DNA from: a virus
Lineage: Duplodnaviria; Heunggongvirae; Uroviricota; Caudoviricetes
IMG/VR virus record: IMGVR_UViG_3300050026_000282
Location: 13,231 to 77,230 of that record
Direction: 5' to 3' (one strand)
Length of the DNA stretch: 64,000 bases
Part shown: piece by piece, positions 25,637-35,279 of the stretch
Layout of the letters: each line of letters begins with the position of its first letter
How positions within the stretch are numbered: the first letter of the stretch is position 1
Translations under genes and position numbers: made by a program
Notes under the pieces: generated by a model
Told to the model about the DNA's origin: nothing
Databases searched by the model: none
What the model saw: the letters and a program-made list of their open reading frames with translations, nothing else

Positions 25637-27600
25637 ACGGTTACTTCTTCCACAGTGAAATCATCTTCAGTCTCGGGAACGTCCCAACTGATGCCGCTCA
25701 TAGCTTCGCCCATCGTCAGCAACTCCAACTGGCGATTTGCCTCTATCACTTCAAGGACCTTCCGGTCCGTTGGTAAATGAATCAGGTCCACGATCAATAG
25801 GCCAGGATTGTCTTCGCCAATCGATTGGATACGGGCCGCAGCTTGAATCCGGTACTCGGGCTTGAAGCTGTTGCTCCAGAAGACAACCATGCGGCTCTCA
25901 CGAAGAGTCAGGCTCATGCCGCCACTCTCGGGATGCGAGACGAACGCCGCGCGGGGATGGTTCTCGCGGTCGGCCCAGTAGTCCAGGGCCTCTTCGTCCA
26001 ACACGACATCACCGTTAGCCTTCGTCACCTGCCAACCACGGCCGTCGCAACGGACTACGTCCCAGCCCTCTTTGCGGCACAGGCCGGCAACACGGTCCAC
26101 GCTCCCAGTGAAGCCGGCGAAGATCACAATGCGGCCGGTTTCTTCGCACTCATCGAGAAGGCCGCGTAACGCCCTGTCCTTCGGGCAGGGAACTTCCTTG
26201 GCCTGGCGTACCTTCTTGACGACTTCCTTCTTTCCTTCGCAGCATGGACAGGGGACTTCTCGCTTCTGCAAGCGAGCGACACATTCCTTGTCGAGCATGT
26301 CCACTGACTTGTAGCTTCGGCCGTCATCCTCCGGGTCGAACCACTCTTCGACAACTCCGGTTGCGTTGCAGTGTCCGCACGGAATCTTCCCATCGGCGAC
26401 TTCCCGATATTGGAAGCCGTCGCTGAGTTCCCGCGTGAGGGTCAAGCCAGTGATCGCGTTCGGTGCCGACTGCACGAGTGCCTTCGCCACGCGAAGCGTG
26501 CTTGCATTCGGCTTGCAGTAGATTCTCCGGTAGGTCTTCTCCGGCAGGCCAACGCAGTCCTTCAAGTGCTTGACGATGACCAACCCTTTTAGCCGGTCAG
26601 AGAGGTAGGAAATCTCATTAGCGCTTGGCTCGTACTTTTCGCACGCGCACGCTTCCGATTCTTTGTCATCCTCGGTCAGGTCTTCCCGCCGATACTTGCC
26701 GCAGTGCTTGCACTTTCGCTCGTCGTCCTTCCAGCCGACCCGCGCCTTGAAGGCCCCGGCGTCGTACTGCTGAACGACCGTGAACGCCAGTCGGTCTTCC
26801 AGAGACTTGGGCGAGCCCTCTCGCAAGAATCCCGGCCAGGCGATCTCTGCCTGCTTCCACCAATCCAAGGGCGACTTCGGGCTCGGCGTACCAGACATTT
26901 CGATGACGAAGCCGTCGAAGCCGTGGGCCTCCCTAATCTTGTCTGCCATCCGTTGCATGGCCTCGCTTCGTTGCGACGTGGCCCCTTTGCAACGGCTCGA
27001 TTCGTCGCCAACCAATCCCAGCGGGACGGGCGTGCCAGGCTGCCACTCATCCATGACGCGGACGAGGGCCTCGTAGGTCATCATTTCGACGTGGACGTTC
27101 GGGTCGAGATTCCAACGGCGAAACTCACGGCGAATGTTCGGCAGGCTCGTCTTCGGCCCGACCCACCACCACTCTTTCACGCCCGACCGCTCCATCACCT
27201 CTTGCACGGCCAGCGTCTTGCCAGTCCGCATTTCTGCGGCCATGATGCCGTAGTGATAAGTGAGGAAGTGATCGGCAAGTTCCTTCTGATGCTCCATCAG
27301 CGGGCGGGTGTACTCGTGCTTCACGACCGGGCGCTCGAACCACGCATACACGTCCTCGCCTATCAAGTAGTCGAGTTGAAAACGATTGCGCTGGCAGTCA
27401 GCGACCGACCACACTTTACGGGGCGGGTCCTCGAAGCCGTGCCACTTGCTCCCTTGCATCGCCTTGATCTCGTCCTTGAGGGCGAAGGGCGACTTGAGGA
27501 AGAAGATGCGGGCGTCCTTATATTCCAGGGTGGCTTCCGACTTAACGAGTGTGCCGCCCGGCGACCGGTGGATCAGTTTGACTTCTTTGATCTCGCTCAA
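25633..27600 (-). CDS. SNF2/DEAD-like superfamily 2 helicase with zinc-finger inserts
   Basis: Walker A MRTGKT, DExx LVGDESSRCK, motif VI QAAARIQSIG; CxxC...CxxC clusters in the middle. Confidence 0.7.
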   Translation of the reverse strand: MSEIKEVKLIHRSPGGTLVKSEATLEYKDARIFFLKSPFALKDEIKAMQGSKWHGFEDPPRKVWSVADCQRNRFQLDYLIGEDVYAWFERPVVKHEYTRPLMEHQKELADHFLTYHYGIMAAEMRTGKTLAVQEVMERSGVKEWWWVGPKTSLPNIRREFRRWNLDPNVHVEMMTYEALVRVMDEWQPGTPVPLGLVGDESSRCKGATSQRSEAMQRMADKIREAHGFDGFVIEMSGTPSPKSPLDWWKQAEIAWPGFLREGSPKSLEDRLAFTVVQQYDAGAFKARVGWKDDERKCKHCGKYRREDLTEDDKESEACACEKYEPSANEISYLSDRLKGLVIVKHLKDCVGLPEKTYRRIYCKPNASTLRVAKALVQSAPNAITGLTLTRELSDGFQYREVADGKIPCGHCNATGVVEEWFDPEDDGRSYKSVDMLDKECVARLQKREVPCPCCEGKKEVVKKVRQAKEVPCPKDRALRGLLDECEETGRIVIFAGFTGSVDRVAGLCRKEGWDVVRCDGRGWQVTKANGDVVLDEEALDYWADRENHPRAAFVSHPESGGMSLTLRESRMVVFWSNSFKPEYRIQAAARIQSIGEDNPGLLIVDLIHLPTDRKVLEVIEANRQLELLTMGEAMSGISWDVPETEDDFTVEEVTV

Positions 27601-28112
27601 CGCTTATCCTCCAGAAGTAAGGTCCCATCAGGCAGGGCGCGACTTGCGCACTCTTTCCACACGTCCAAGCCAGCCGCCTTGAACACGTCCATGACCCGGT
27701 TGAATCCGGCACGAACGCTCGGTTGGCAGGAGTTCGTTGAACCGAGCTTCACGGCGGTGTGCCACTGGGCAAGCGTGCCGCTGATGACCGCCAATTGAAC
27801 GCCGCGAAGAACGGTGCCCGTTGTGACGAATGGCATTTCAGCGACTTCAAGTATGGCCAGCATGGTTTCCTCATCCGCTGCGACGAGCACGCTGAACGAC
27901 GCATGGCTCAATAAATGAGGAGCTAACCCCGGCTTGGCGTTGCGATCTTGCATCGCGGCCAAGCAGGAAATGAACCGTTCCGGCTCGGATCGCTCGATAA
28001 GGCTTTTGTCAACACTCTCCGCAACGGAGTACCCTAATGCCTGTTGGCACAGGCTGAGGAACGTGTTGAAGTCCGCGACCGGCGATTGGATGAGTGCTGC
28101 GCTTGGAGTCAT
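27597..28112 (-). CDS. hypothetical protein (about 171 aa from internal ATG)
   Basis: Internal start MTPSAALIQ of track ORF 27597..28292. Confidence 0.35.
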   Translation of the reverse strand: MTPSAALIQSPVADFNTFLSLCQQALGYSVAESVDKSLIERSEPERFISCLAAMQDRNAKPGLAPHLLSHASFSVLVAADEETMLAILEVAEMPFVTTGTVLRGVQLAVISGTLAQWHTAVKLGSTNSCQPSVRAGFNRVMDVFKAAGLDVWKECASRALPDGTLLLEDKR

Positions 28113-28209
28113 AAAGTGATCTCGAAAAGGCCCCGCCAGGCTTGTGACCTGGCGGGGCACAAATACCCACTGTGAGATAGCGTGTCCGAGCAGAGGCCCA
28201 GTGGGTTTA

Positions 28210-28944
28210 CTACCGGGCGCGGGACTTCCGATTGTCCTCGGCCTTTTCCACGCCCTCGGACTTCGGCTTGAGGAAGCGTTCGATCTCCTCAATGATCCGA
28301 GTCATGGGTGGGACCTTGTTGAAGGGCGTGGAGCACTTCGTAACGAGCGGGCCATACCAGGAGTTGCCCTTCTTCTCGATGTAGCGCGTCTGGAGAGTCA
28401 TGGGCATCGGACCGTGAGGGGCAAGTCCCTTCACGTCCTGGCTATTCGCCGCACGCCGGTCGATGTCGGCCTGCGTGAGGTTCATGTGGTTGGACACCGC
28501 GCCGGCCTCGCGCAGCGAGGTGGCATTGCCGAAGAACAACTCGTAGAAGCTGCCCGTCGAGCGCTCGTAGACCAAGAAGCTGATACCGCACTGGCAACTG
28601 GAGTCCTTCTCCATCGACAGGGCGCGAATCTTCTTGAAGCTGTCCGAGGTTTCGTCATACGAGGTGACGATGGCGGAACGATCTCGCATATCGACCGCTT
28701 TCGGCCGGCGAGCAAACGGGACCACGTCGATGGAATCACCGAGATCGGTAATCGTCTCGTCCGGGCCGGGAATACCCCAGTGGCCGTTGGCGATCTTGTT
28801 CTTCTTCGTGAACTTGTCGTTGTTGCACAGCTTGAGGTATTTGAGGTAATTGCCGCCCTTGGTCAGGTCAGCGAACGCATCATCGGTGCCAAGTTGGGTG
28901 GAGGGGAGTTGGGTCAGATCAATGGTTGCAATCGCATTAGACAT
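28210..28944 (-). CDS. hypothetical protein (244 aa); possible ssDNA-binding/annealing accessory by position
   Basis: First gene of the leftward operon, adjacent to the helicase; no motif recognised. Confidence 0.4.
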   Translation of the reverse strand: MSNAIATIDLTQLPSTQLGTDDAFADLTKGGNYLKYLKLCNNDKFTKKNKIANGHWGIPGPDETITDLGDSIDVVPFARRPKAVDMRDRSAIVTSYDETSDSFKKIRALSMEKDSSCQCGISFLVYERSTGSFYELFFGNATSLREAGAVSNHMNLTQADIDRRAANSQDVKGLAPHGPMPMTLQTRYIEKKGNSWYGPLVTKCSTPFNKVPPMTRIIEEIERFLKPKSEGVEKAEDNRKSRAR

Positions 28945-29025
28945 GAGAAAACGCTCCAGGTGAAAAGTAGGCAGAACAGAGACGGCACCCTCCCTCGCTT
29001 TCTGTTAGTGGTTGGTGAACCTGCG

Positions 29026-29154
29026 AAGTAAACCTGCACATATAGAAGAGTCTGGAAACGCACAATTAGGCGGAAACGCAAACAATTTCTGGTAATTCCC
29101 AAGTTTCCGCCTAAATCGTTTTGTTGAGACTCTTCTATATGTGCAGGTTTACTT
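29026..29154. promoter_or_regulatory. divergent control region with nested inverted repeats
   Basis: 28-bp perfect arms AAGTAAACCTGCACATATAGAAGAGTCT (29026-29053) and RC (29127-29154); inner 12-bp arms TTAGGCGGAAAC (29066-29077) / GTTTCCGCCTAA (29103-29114). Sits between leftward and rightward operons. Confidence 0.55.
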
Positions 29155-29185
29155 TGCGAGGATTAACAACCGCCGCGTCAATCAA

Positions 29186-31840
29186 ATGCCTAAAGTCTCA
29201 GAAGCAATCGGTTCCTTCCTCCATGCCCGTGCCACCCCGGCCAACCAGGACTTGGTTGACCGGTGGAACATTGGTATGGAGGTCCAGGTCAACGTCTCGG
29301 CCGGCAATGGCGAGCTAGTGGCCGGGAAGAAAGGGACCTACAGCGATGGTGTCAATGAATGGCACTCGATCCGCATTCCCAAGAAGGCCATGAGCGACCC
29401 GGAGTTCACGGACTACGAGTTACGCTGGCCGCTCGATCTCCACGCCGAAGGCATCGGCATGACGGGCTGGGACTGGCAGGAGCGCAAGTCACGCTGGGTG
29501 GCGTTCGACGTGGATAGCATCATCGGCCATGCTGCCGGCGTCGGGATCAGCGACGAGAACCTGGAGAAGGTCAAACAAGTTGCCGGGTCCCTGCCTTACG
29601 TGGAAGTCCGCAAGAGCACGGGCGGCGGCGGGTTGCACCTTTATGTCTACTTGGATGGCATCCCGACCGCCAATCACACTGAGCACGCCGCCCTGGCTCG
29701 GGCCATCCTCGGGATGCTCAGTTCCGAGACGGGCTTCGACTTCTCCAGCCAGATCGACGCCTGCGGCCAGATCATGTGGGTCTGGCACAAGAAGATGACG
29801 GCCGGGAACAGCGGCCTGTCGGTCATCAAGCCGGCCGAGAAGATACTGACGATCAACGATCTGCCGAGCAACTGGCGGGACCATATTGAGGTCGTGACCC
29901 GCCGCAGGGCCAAACTCAAGGTCAGCGGGGTGAGCGAGGATGGGCCGTTTGAGGCCCTGTCCAGCGGCCGGCGCATGGTCCCCCTGGACGCCAAGCACAA
30001 AGAAGTGATCGATGAACTGACCCGATCAGGCTTTTCGACGGTCTGGATACCCGATTACCACCTCCTGCAAACACACACGAAGGCGCTGGAGGGCCTGAAA
30101 GAGTCGCTGAAGATCAAGGGCATCTTCAAGACCAACTCGCCGGGAAGGCACCCAGAAACGTGCAACTGCTTCTGCTTCCCCCTCGATGAAGGGGCTTGGC
30201 GAGTTTACCGCTTCTCTCCTGGCACGACCGAGGCCGAGACCTGGCAGCAGGACGGCAACGGCTGGACTACCTGCTACTTCAACCGTACCCCCGACCTGGA
30301 CACGGTGGCCCGAGTCACGGGCGGCGTCGAAGCGCCCGACAACGGCGGTTACGTGTTCTCCACGGCCGAGGATGCAGCCAAGGCCATCGAACTCCTCGGT
30401 CAACCTGTCGAGATTCCGGCAGAGTTAAAGGGGCGCGTAACCAACCTCAAGGTCCAGAAAGACGGCCGCATTTCAATCAATGTCAAGAAGGAAAAGGGCG
30501 AAGCGGCGGCCCCGCAAGGTTGGGTAAACGGTCGCGGCAAAATCCAGAAGCTCTTGAATCTGCGAGCCGAAGTCAAGGCGCAGATCGCTGACGAGAGCTA
30601 TGGCACGCACGACAAGATTATTCGGACGCTTATCACACCGCTCAATAAGGCTGCGGGTTGGGTTCTCAACACCGAGGCAGGCGACTGGTCCGACCGGCCC
30701 AAGGATGACATCAGAAGTGCGCTGGTATCGCAAGGGATGTCCAAGACGGACGCTGAAGTAGTCCTTGGCGGGGCCTGCCTGAACCCGTGGCGGCTCGTCG
30801 TCCAGCCCTTTCAGCCCGAGTATCCAGGCGGCCGTCAATGGAACAGAGAAGCGGCACAATTCCGCTACCAGCCGAGTGAAGGCGAGCACCCGCACTGGGA
30901 CATGATCCTCCAGCACTGTTTCGGTGATCTCGACAATGGCGTCAGAAATCATCCTTGGTGTCAGAAGCACAACGTCAAGAGCGGTGCTGAGTACGGGCTG
31001 TTGTGGGTAGCCAATCTCTTCCGCTTCCCGTTCAAGCCGTTGCCTTACTTGTTCCTGTACGGCGGTGAGAACTGCGGCAAGTCCACGCTGCACGAGTCTC
31101 TCCAATTCTTGATGACGAAAGGCATTACCTGTGCCAACAACTCGCTCACCAATCAGAGCAATTTCAATGGTGAGTTAGCGGGGGCCATCCTAGCCTATGT
31201 CGCCGAGTTGGACATTTCCAAGTATCCGGGAGCACTCAACAAGATCAAGGAATGGGTAGTCAGTCCGATGTTGCCGATCCGGCAGATGCGCACAGACACC
31301 TACATGATGCCCAACACGTTGCACTTCATCCAGACCGCGAACTCGGCTGATTTCTGCCCGATCTTTCCCGGCGACACTCGCATCACCATGATCTGCGTGT
31401 CGCCGTTGGGAGACAAAGAGATCGGTCGGGATAAGTTCCACGAGTTTCTCACGGCTGAAGCGCCACATTACCTTTACACGCTACTGAACATACCGCTTCC
31501 CGAGCCGGAAGGTCGGTTGAGAATCCCGGTCATTGATACGGGCAACAAAGCGCGAGTGCAGGACAACCGGCGTCCGTTGCTTGAGCAATTCATTGCTGAG
31601 CACTGCCACGCGATCCCTGGCGGAAAGGTCCGCTTCAAGGACTTATACGAGAACTTCATCGAGTGGATCGGCCACGAAGAACGGACCAAATGGACCAAGC
31701 GGAGAGTGTTACAAGAACTGAAGCTACCGCATGGCGTTCATGCGGAGAACATGAAGTGGGTTGGCAATATCTCATGGGATGATTCTCCAGTGGAAGATTC
31801 TCGTCCTTGGGTGGCCGAGAACGGAAGATTAAGGCAATAA
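29186..31840 (+). CDS. primase-polymerase (AEP-like N-terminus) fused to D5/P4-type SF3 helicase
   Basis: RKSTGGGGLHLYVYLDG hLHlh-like motif. C-terminal Walker A YGGENCGKSTLHES and Walker B-like AYVAELD. ATG at 29186 preferred over the GTG at 29141, which lies in the IR. Confidence 0.75.
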   Translation: MPKVSEAIGSFLHARATPANQDLVDRWNIGMEVQVNVSAGNGELVAGKKGTYSDGVNEWHSIRIPKKAMSDPEFTDYELRWPLDLHAEGIGMTGWDWQERKSRWVAFDVDSIIGHAAGVGISDENLEKVKQVAGSLPYVEVRKSTGGGGLHLYVYLDGIPTANHTEHAALARAILGMLSSETGFDFSSQIDACGQIMWVWHKKMTAGNSGLSVIKPAEKILTINDLPSNWRDHIEVVTRRRAKLKVSGVSEDGPFEALSSGRRMVPLDAKHKEVIDELTRSGFSTVWIPDYHLLQTHTKALEGLKESLKIKGIFKTNSPGRHPETCNCFCFPLDEGAWRVYRFSPGTTEAETWQQDGNGWTTCYFNRTPDLDTVARVTGGVEAPDNGGYVFSTAEDAAKAIELLGQPVEIPAELKGRVTNLKVQKDGRISINVKKEKGEAAAPQGWVNGRGKIQKLLNLRAEVKAQIADESYGTHDKIIRTLITPLNKAAGWVLNTEAGDWSDRPKDDIRSALVSQGMSKTDAEVVLGGACLNPWRLVVQPFQPEYPGGRQWNREAAQFRYQPSEGEHPHWDMILQHCFGDLDNGVRNHPWCQKHNVKSGAEYGLLWVANLFRFPFKPLPYLFLYGGENCGKSTLHESLQFLMTKGITCANNSLTNQSNFNGELAGAILAYVAELDISKYPGALNKIKEWVVSPMLPIRQMRTDTYMMPNTLHFIQTANSADFCPIFPGDTRITMICVSPLGDKEIGRDKFHEFLTAEAPHYLYTLLNIPLPEPEGRLRIPVIDTGNKARVQDNRRPLLEQFIAEHCHAIPGGKVRFKDLYENFIEWIGHEERTKWTKRRVLQELKLPHGVHAENMKWVGNISWDDSPVEDSRPWVAENGRLRQ

Positions 31841-31842
31841 CC

Positions 31843-32043
31843 ATGTACGAACGACCTCTATCACACGCGGACATTCTTGCGATTGCGGATCATCTGAACG
31901 GAACAGGTGAGTTACTGGGGATCGCCATGAGCGAACTCGGATTCAACCCGCGTCTCTACGGAGACGCCGAGGTTGAAAAGTGGCTGGAGGAAGAAGCCGG
32001 CCTGGTCCAGGACAGCGACAGTGGAATTTGGTTCTTTGAGTAG
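31843..32043 (+). CDS. hypothetical protein (66 aa)
   Basis: Internal ATG MYERPLSH of track ORF 31807..32043, immediately after the primase stop. Confidence 0.3.
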   Translation: MYERPLSHADILAIADHLNGTGELLGIAMSELGFNPRLYGDAEVEKWLEEEAGLVQDSDSGIWFFE

Positions 32044-32051
32044 ACCCCAGG

Positions 32052-32690
32052 TTGCAAATCATGCCCACTCTTTTTCTCGGCTTCGGCCACTACTCCCGCA
32101 CAGGGAAAGACACGACCGCCAATTACTTCCTTAGCCACTACGGCGACGGAGTTCTCAAGCGGTCCTTTGCCTGGAAGCTCAAGCAGATCACCTACGAGCT
32201 ATACGCTTGGGCTGGCCTGATGCCGCCGGAGTATTACGAGACGCCGGAGGGGGCAAAGGCGCGTGACATCAAGCTGCCTGGCTTGGATATGACGCCCGTT
32301 GAAGTCTGGGTGGCATTCGGGACCGAGGCCATTCGCAAGAACGTCTACCAGGGGACGTGGGTGGACTACTTGCTGAAGAATGACCACAAGTGCGACGTGC
32401 TGGTCATCCCTGACGTGCGTTTCCCCAATGAAGCCGAGGCGATCAAGACTGCGGGCGGGAAGATCGTCAAGGTCGTGCGACCAGGCTATGGGCCGCGCAA
32501 CACAGTCGCCGACCGGGCCTTGATCGGCTACGACGGGTGGGACTATGTCATCGGCGAGTCGGGTGAAATGGATGATCTTGACAACTGGGCCTGCTTGTTC
32601 GCTATGGCGGCTCGGCGAGAGATCGCGTGGCCCCGTCAAACGGCGGAAGAGCGGAAGGCAGCCCTGACAGTAGAGAGGATTGAACAGTGA
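32052..32690 (+). CDS. deoxynucleoside monophosphate kinase (T4 Dnk-like)
   Basis: LGFGHYSRTGKDTTANYF P-loop variant, as in T4 gp1 GxxRSGKDT. Confidence 0.6.
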   Translation: MQIMPTLFLGFGHYSRTGKDTTANYFLSHYGDGVLKRSFAWKLKQITYELYAWAGLMPPEYYETPEGAKARDIKLPGLDMTPVEVWVAFGTEAIRKNVYQGTWVDYLLKNDHKCDVLVIPDVRFPNEAEAIKTAGGKIVKVVRPGYGPRNTVADRALIGYDGWDYVIGESGEMDDLDNWACLFAMAARREIAWPRQTAEERKAALTVERIEQ

Positions 32691-33268
32691 AGCACCTGAA
32701 AACCAACATCATCGCCGCCCTAGACTTCGAGACGACGGGCACCGACCCAAAGACGGCCGAGATAATCCAGATCGCCGTCGTCCCGCTGGGCAACGATCTG
32801 CTGCCGCTCAAGGAAGCCTTCTACACCCTTGTGCGACCAGAGCATCCTGAGAGTGCCGACCCGGCCGCTCTGGTGATCCACGGGATCACTCTCGAAGAGT
32901 TGGAAGAGGCCCCAGATGCGACGAAGGTCGCCGATCTCCTGTACGAGTGGGTTCGGTCGCTCAAGTTGCCCGTGGGTGGCAAGGTCATCCCGCTGGTCCA
33001 CAACTACCCCTTCGAGTACGGCTTCTTGACCGCCTGGCTTGGCGCGTCAATGCGGGACGAGCTATTTCACTATCACCCACGGGATGCAATGACCTTCGCG
33101 CTCGGCCTGAATGACCGAGCAGCCTTGAAGGGCGAGGAGACACCTTTTGCAAGCGTCGGACTCTTGGACCTTTGCCAGCACTTCCACGTCACGAATCCGA
33201 ATCCGCACGATGCCTTGTACGACTCGCTGACCGAAGCGACTATCTACCGAGAGTTACTGCTGCTATGA
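32687..33268 (+). CDS. DnaQ-like 3'-5' exonuclease (DEDDh)
   Basis: Exo I ALDFETTG, Exo II HNYPFEYGFL, Exo III HDALYDS. Confidence 0.75.
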   Translation: MKHLKTNIIAALDFETTGTDPKTAEIIQIAVVPLGNDLLPLKEAFYTLVRPEHPESADPAALVIHGITLEELEEAPDATKVADLLYEWVRSLKLPVGGKVIPLVHNYPFEYGFLTAWLGASMRDELFHYHPRDAMTFALGLNDRAALKGEETPFASVGLLDLCQHFHVTNPNPHDALYDSLTEATIYRELLLL

Positions 33269-33492
33269 GAGTCTTCAACTACGCCAAGGCGGTCGCAGAG
33301 TGGGTCGCTGCCGGCCGGCCCACTCGGTCCGATGAAGACGTAGCGACAATCTTTCGTGTCATCTGTAAGCCCTGTGCTCTCCACTATCGTGGCTCCTGCC
33401 GTGAGTGCGGCTGCCGCGTGAGAGCAGAAGGGCCGGCCGTGTTCAACAAGATCAAGATGGCAACTCAACACTGCCCTCGCAATAAGTGGTGA
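33265..33492 (+). CDS. zinc-ribbon protein (75 aa)
   Basis: Internal ATG ATGA-coupled to the exonuclease stop; CKPCALHYRGSCRECGC. Confidence 0.35.
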   Translation: MRVFNYAKAVAEWVAAGRPTRSDEDVATIFRVICKPCALHYRGSCRECGCRVRAEGPAVFNKIKMATQHCPRNKW

Positions 33493-33495
33493 CTT

Positions 33496-34245
33496 ATGCC
33501 CCCGTTCAAAGACGATGATTGGAATGCGGTCATCAAGCAGGTCAATGGCTTGATTGCCAATGGTTGCACCGGTAGTACGAAGCTGCAAGAGGTCGGAAAA
33601 GACCACATTTGGTCGGTCGATGACATACGAGCGGTGCGAAACACGCTGGCTACCATGTGCTCGAATAAGCCGGGCTTCTCCGTACCAACTGTGAAGTGGA
33701 CGCAAAAGATCATCGACGAGTTAAATACGGTGATTGCACACTGCGAGTGCCAGAAGTACCCCTACGCAATCCAGCTTCCCGGCTTTTCCCTTCCGCTTGT
33801 GGGGGCAACCGTTACAACGTCTGGCAGTAGTACGATGGCAGACGGACAAATCCTGACAGAATGGACAGATACGAAAACGACCTATTCTCTCTCAACGCCG
33901 CTCCAGTCCCTCTTCGACGGGACGCAGGTTGGACCAGCAGGAATCTCCGGTCGAACGTTCCAGGCGTTCCTCGCTGCCACTTGGTATGAGTACGTTAGCA
34001 ACAATGGCGTGGTACAAGGCAGCGGGTCCTGGGTGCAAGCTGTCGCGGTACAAGGCACGGTCGATTCTGGTGGCATCTGCCACGGTTCCAGTTCAACTAA
34101 CCTGTGGACGTGGCCATACTCGGACGATCAGGAAGTGACCGTAACCTACTATCCAGATAGCCCGAACCCACAGGTGTTTTCGGGTAGCTACATAACAGAA
34201 TATCTAATCACTGGATGCACCGCCTATCTATGGATTACGAAGTAG
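33496..34245 (+). CDS. hypothetical protein (249 aa)
   Basis: ORF track. Confidence 0.4.
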   Translation: MPPFKDDDWNAVIKQVNGLIANGCTGSTKLQEVGKDHIWSVDDIRAVRNTLATMCSNKPGFSVPTVKWTQKIIDELNTVIAHCECQKYPYAIQLPGFSLPLVGATVTTSGSSTMADGQILTEWTDTKTTYSLSTPLQSLFDGTQVGPAGISGRTFQAFLAATWYEYVSNNGVVQGSGSWVQAVAVQGTVDSGGICHGSSSTNLWTWPYSDDQEVTVTYYPDSPNPQVFSGSYITEYLITGCTAYLWITK

Positions 34246-34712
34246 CGGGCTACCCTGCCTGCGGCACTTGCGCCGACGCCCAGGGGCCGCCCAACTCCCT
34301 GGCTCTTTATCGGCTCTGCCTCGGTGGCAGACCAGAGCACCACAATAGACTTGTCGATGTCCGCGCGTGCCGAGCGTGCAAGGGCATCGGAGAAGACAAG
34401 CCGGATGCGCTTGGCGCTTCCCGTCCTGACCTTGTCTTCCCACTTCCCGAGCCCACAGGCGAGTTCCGGTACACGAGTCGCCCGGACGGTTCAATACTGT
34501 ACGAGAAACTCGGCTGGGAATTGCCCGCCAGCATTGCCGGGTATCAGCGCGATGAAGTCAACAAGTGGCTCTTCCGACCGCTCTGGCCCATCTGCGCAAC
34601 AAGAGAGCCACGGGCTTTCATCCGTGGCTCTTGCGGTTGCGTCCAGGTGGAAATGCGGTGCGATGGCAAGCTCGCCTCTCTGACGGATTGCCGGCTCTGC
34701 CGTCATGTGTAG
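34230..34712 (+). CDS. cysteine-rich hypothetical protein (about 160 aa)
   Basis: Internal start MDYEVAGYPACGTCADAQ; 12 Cys including CGTC, CRAC, CGC, CRLC. Confidence 0.35.
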   Translation: MDYEVAGYPACGTCADAQGPPNSLALYRLCLGGRPEHHNRLVDVRACRACKGIGEDKPDALGASRPDLVFPLPEPTGEFRYTSRPDGSILYEKLGWELPASIAGYQRDEVNKWLFRPLWPICATREPRAFIRGSCGCVQVEMRCDGKLASLTDCRLCRHV

Positions 34713-35278
34713 AAATGAGCGTGAGCTATTCCAGCGTGCTCCGGGGTCGAGGTCAATAGTTTGAAGACCTTGCACTCGGCAAAGTCCACAATTCGGCAAC
34801 GGGCGACCGAGACGCCAAACTGCCGAAGTTCCCTCCGCACGGCATGTGTGAGCGTCTTATTGAAGGTCTCGTCGCCCACCCCGGCAAGAATCTCGGCCCA
34901 AGTGTGATTGGCGATGACTCTGACGACTACCGCTTGGGTCAGGTCCGTCACGGTCACGTCCACGTCCCAGTTCTGCTTGCCAATCGCCTTCACGATGTCG
35001 CCAATCCGGTAGACCACCAAGGTCTTGACCACGATCTTCTTGCCATCCTTGGTGGCTAGTACCTGATCTGGGATAGCCAATGTCTGCCGGGCCGTGACCA
35101 TCACCTCAACCTCAGTGGTCAACGGCCAGTAGAAGTGTAGCCCCGGTGCCATTGCCTTCACCTGGCTTCCACACTTCCATTTGACGCCAGCATGGGTCGC
35201 TCGAATGATTACCAATCGAGGAATAAATCGTCCCAGGGCTTCAATGATCTGGGTCAGCCAGGTGAAGGCACCTTCCAT
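34703..35278 (-). CDS. SPFH (band 7/prohibitin-like) domain protein
   Basis: TARQTLAIPDQVLATKDGKKIVVKTLVVYRIGD ... RCRIVDF pattern. Confidence 0.6.
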   Translation of the reverse strand: MEGAFTWLTQIIEALGRFIPRLVIIRATHAGVKWKCGSQVKAMAPGLHFYWPLTTEVEVMVTARQTLAIPDQVLATKDGKKIVVKTLVVYRIGDIVKAIGKQNWDVDVTVTDLTQAVVVRVIANHTWAEILAGVGDETFNKTLTHAVRRELRQFGVSVARCRIVDFAECKVFKLLTSTPEHAGIAHAHFYT

Positions 35279-35279
35279 C

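Noticed and set aside
26704-27798. 364-aa plus-strand ORF
   Set aside because: Antisense to the SNF2-like helicase; shadow ORF.
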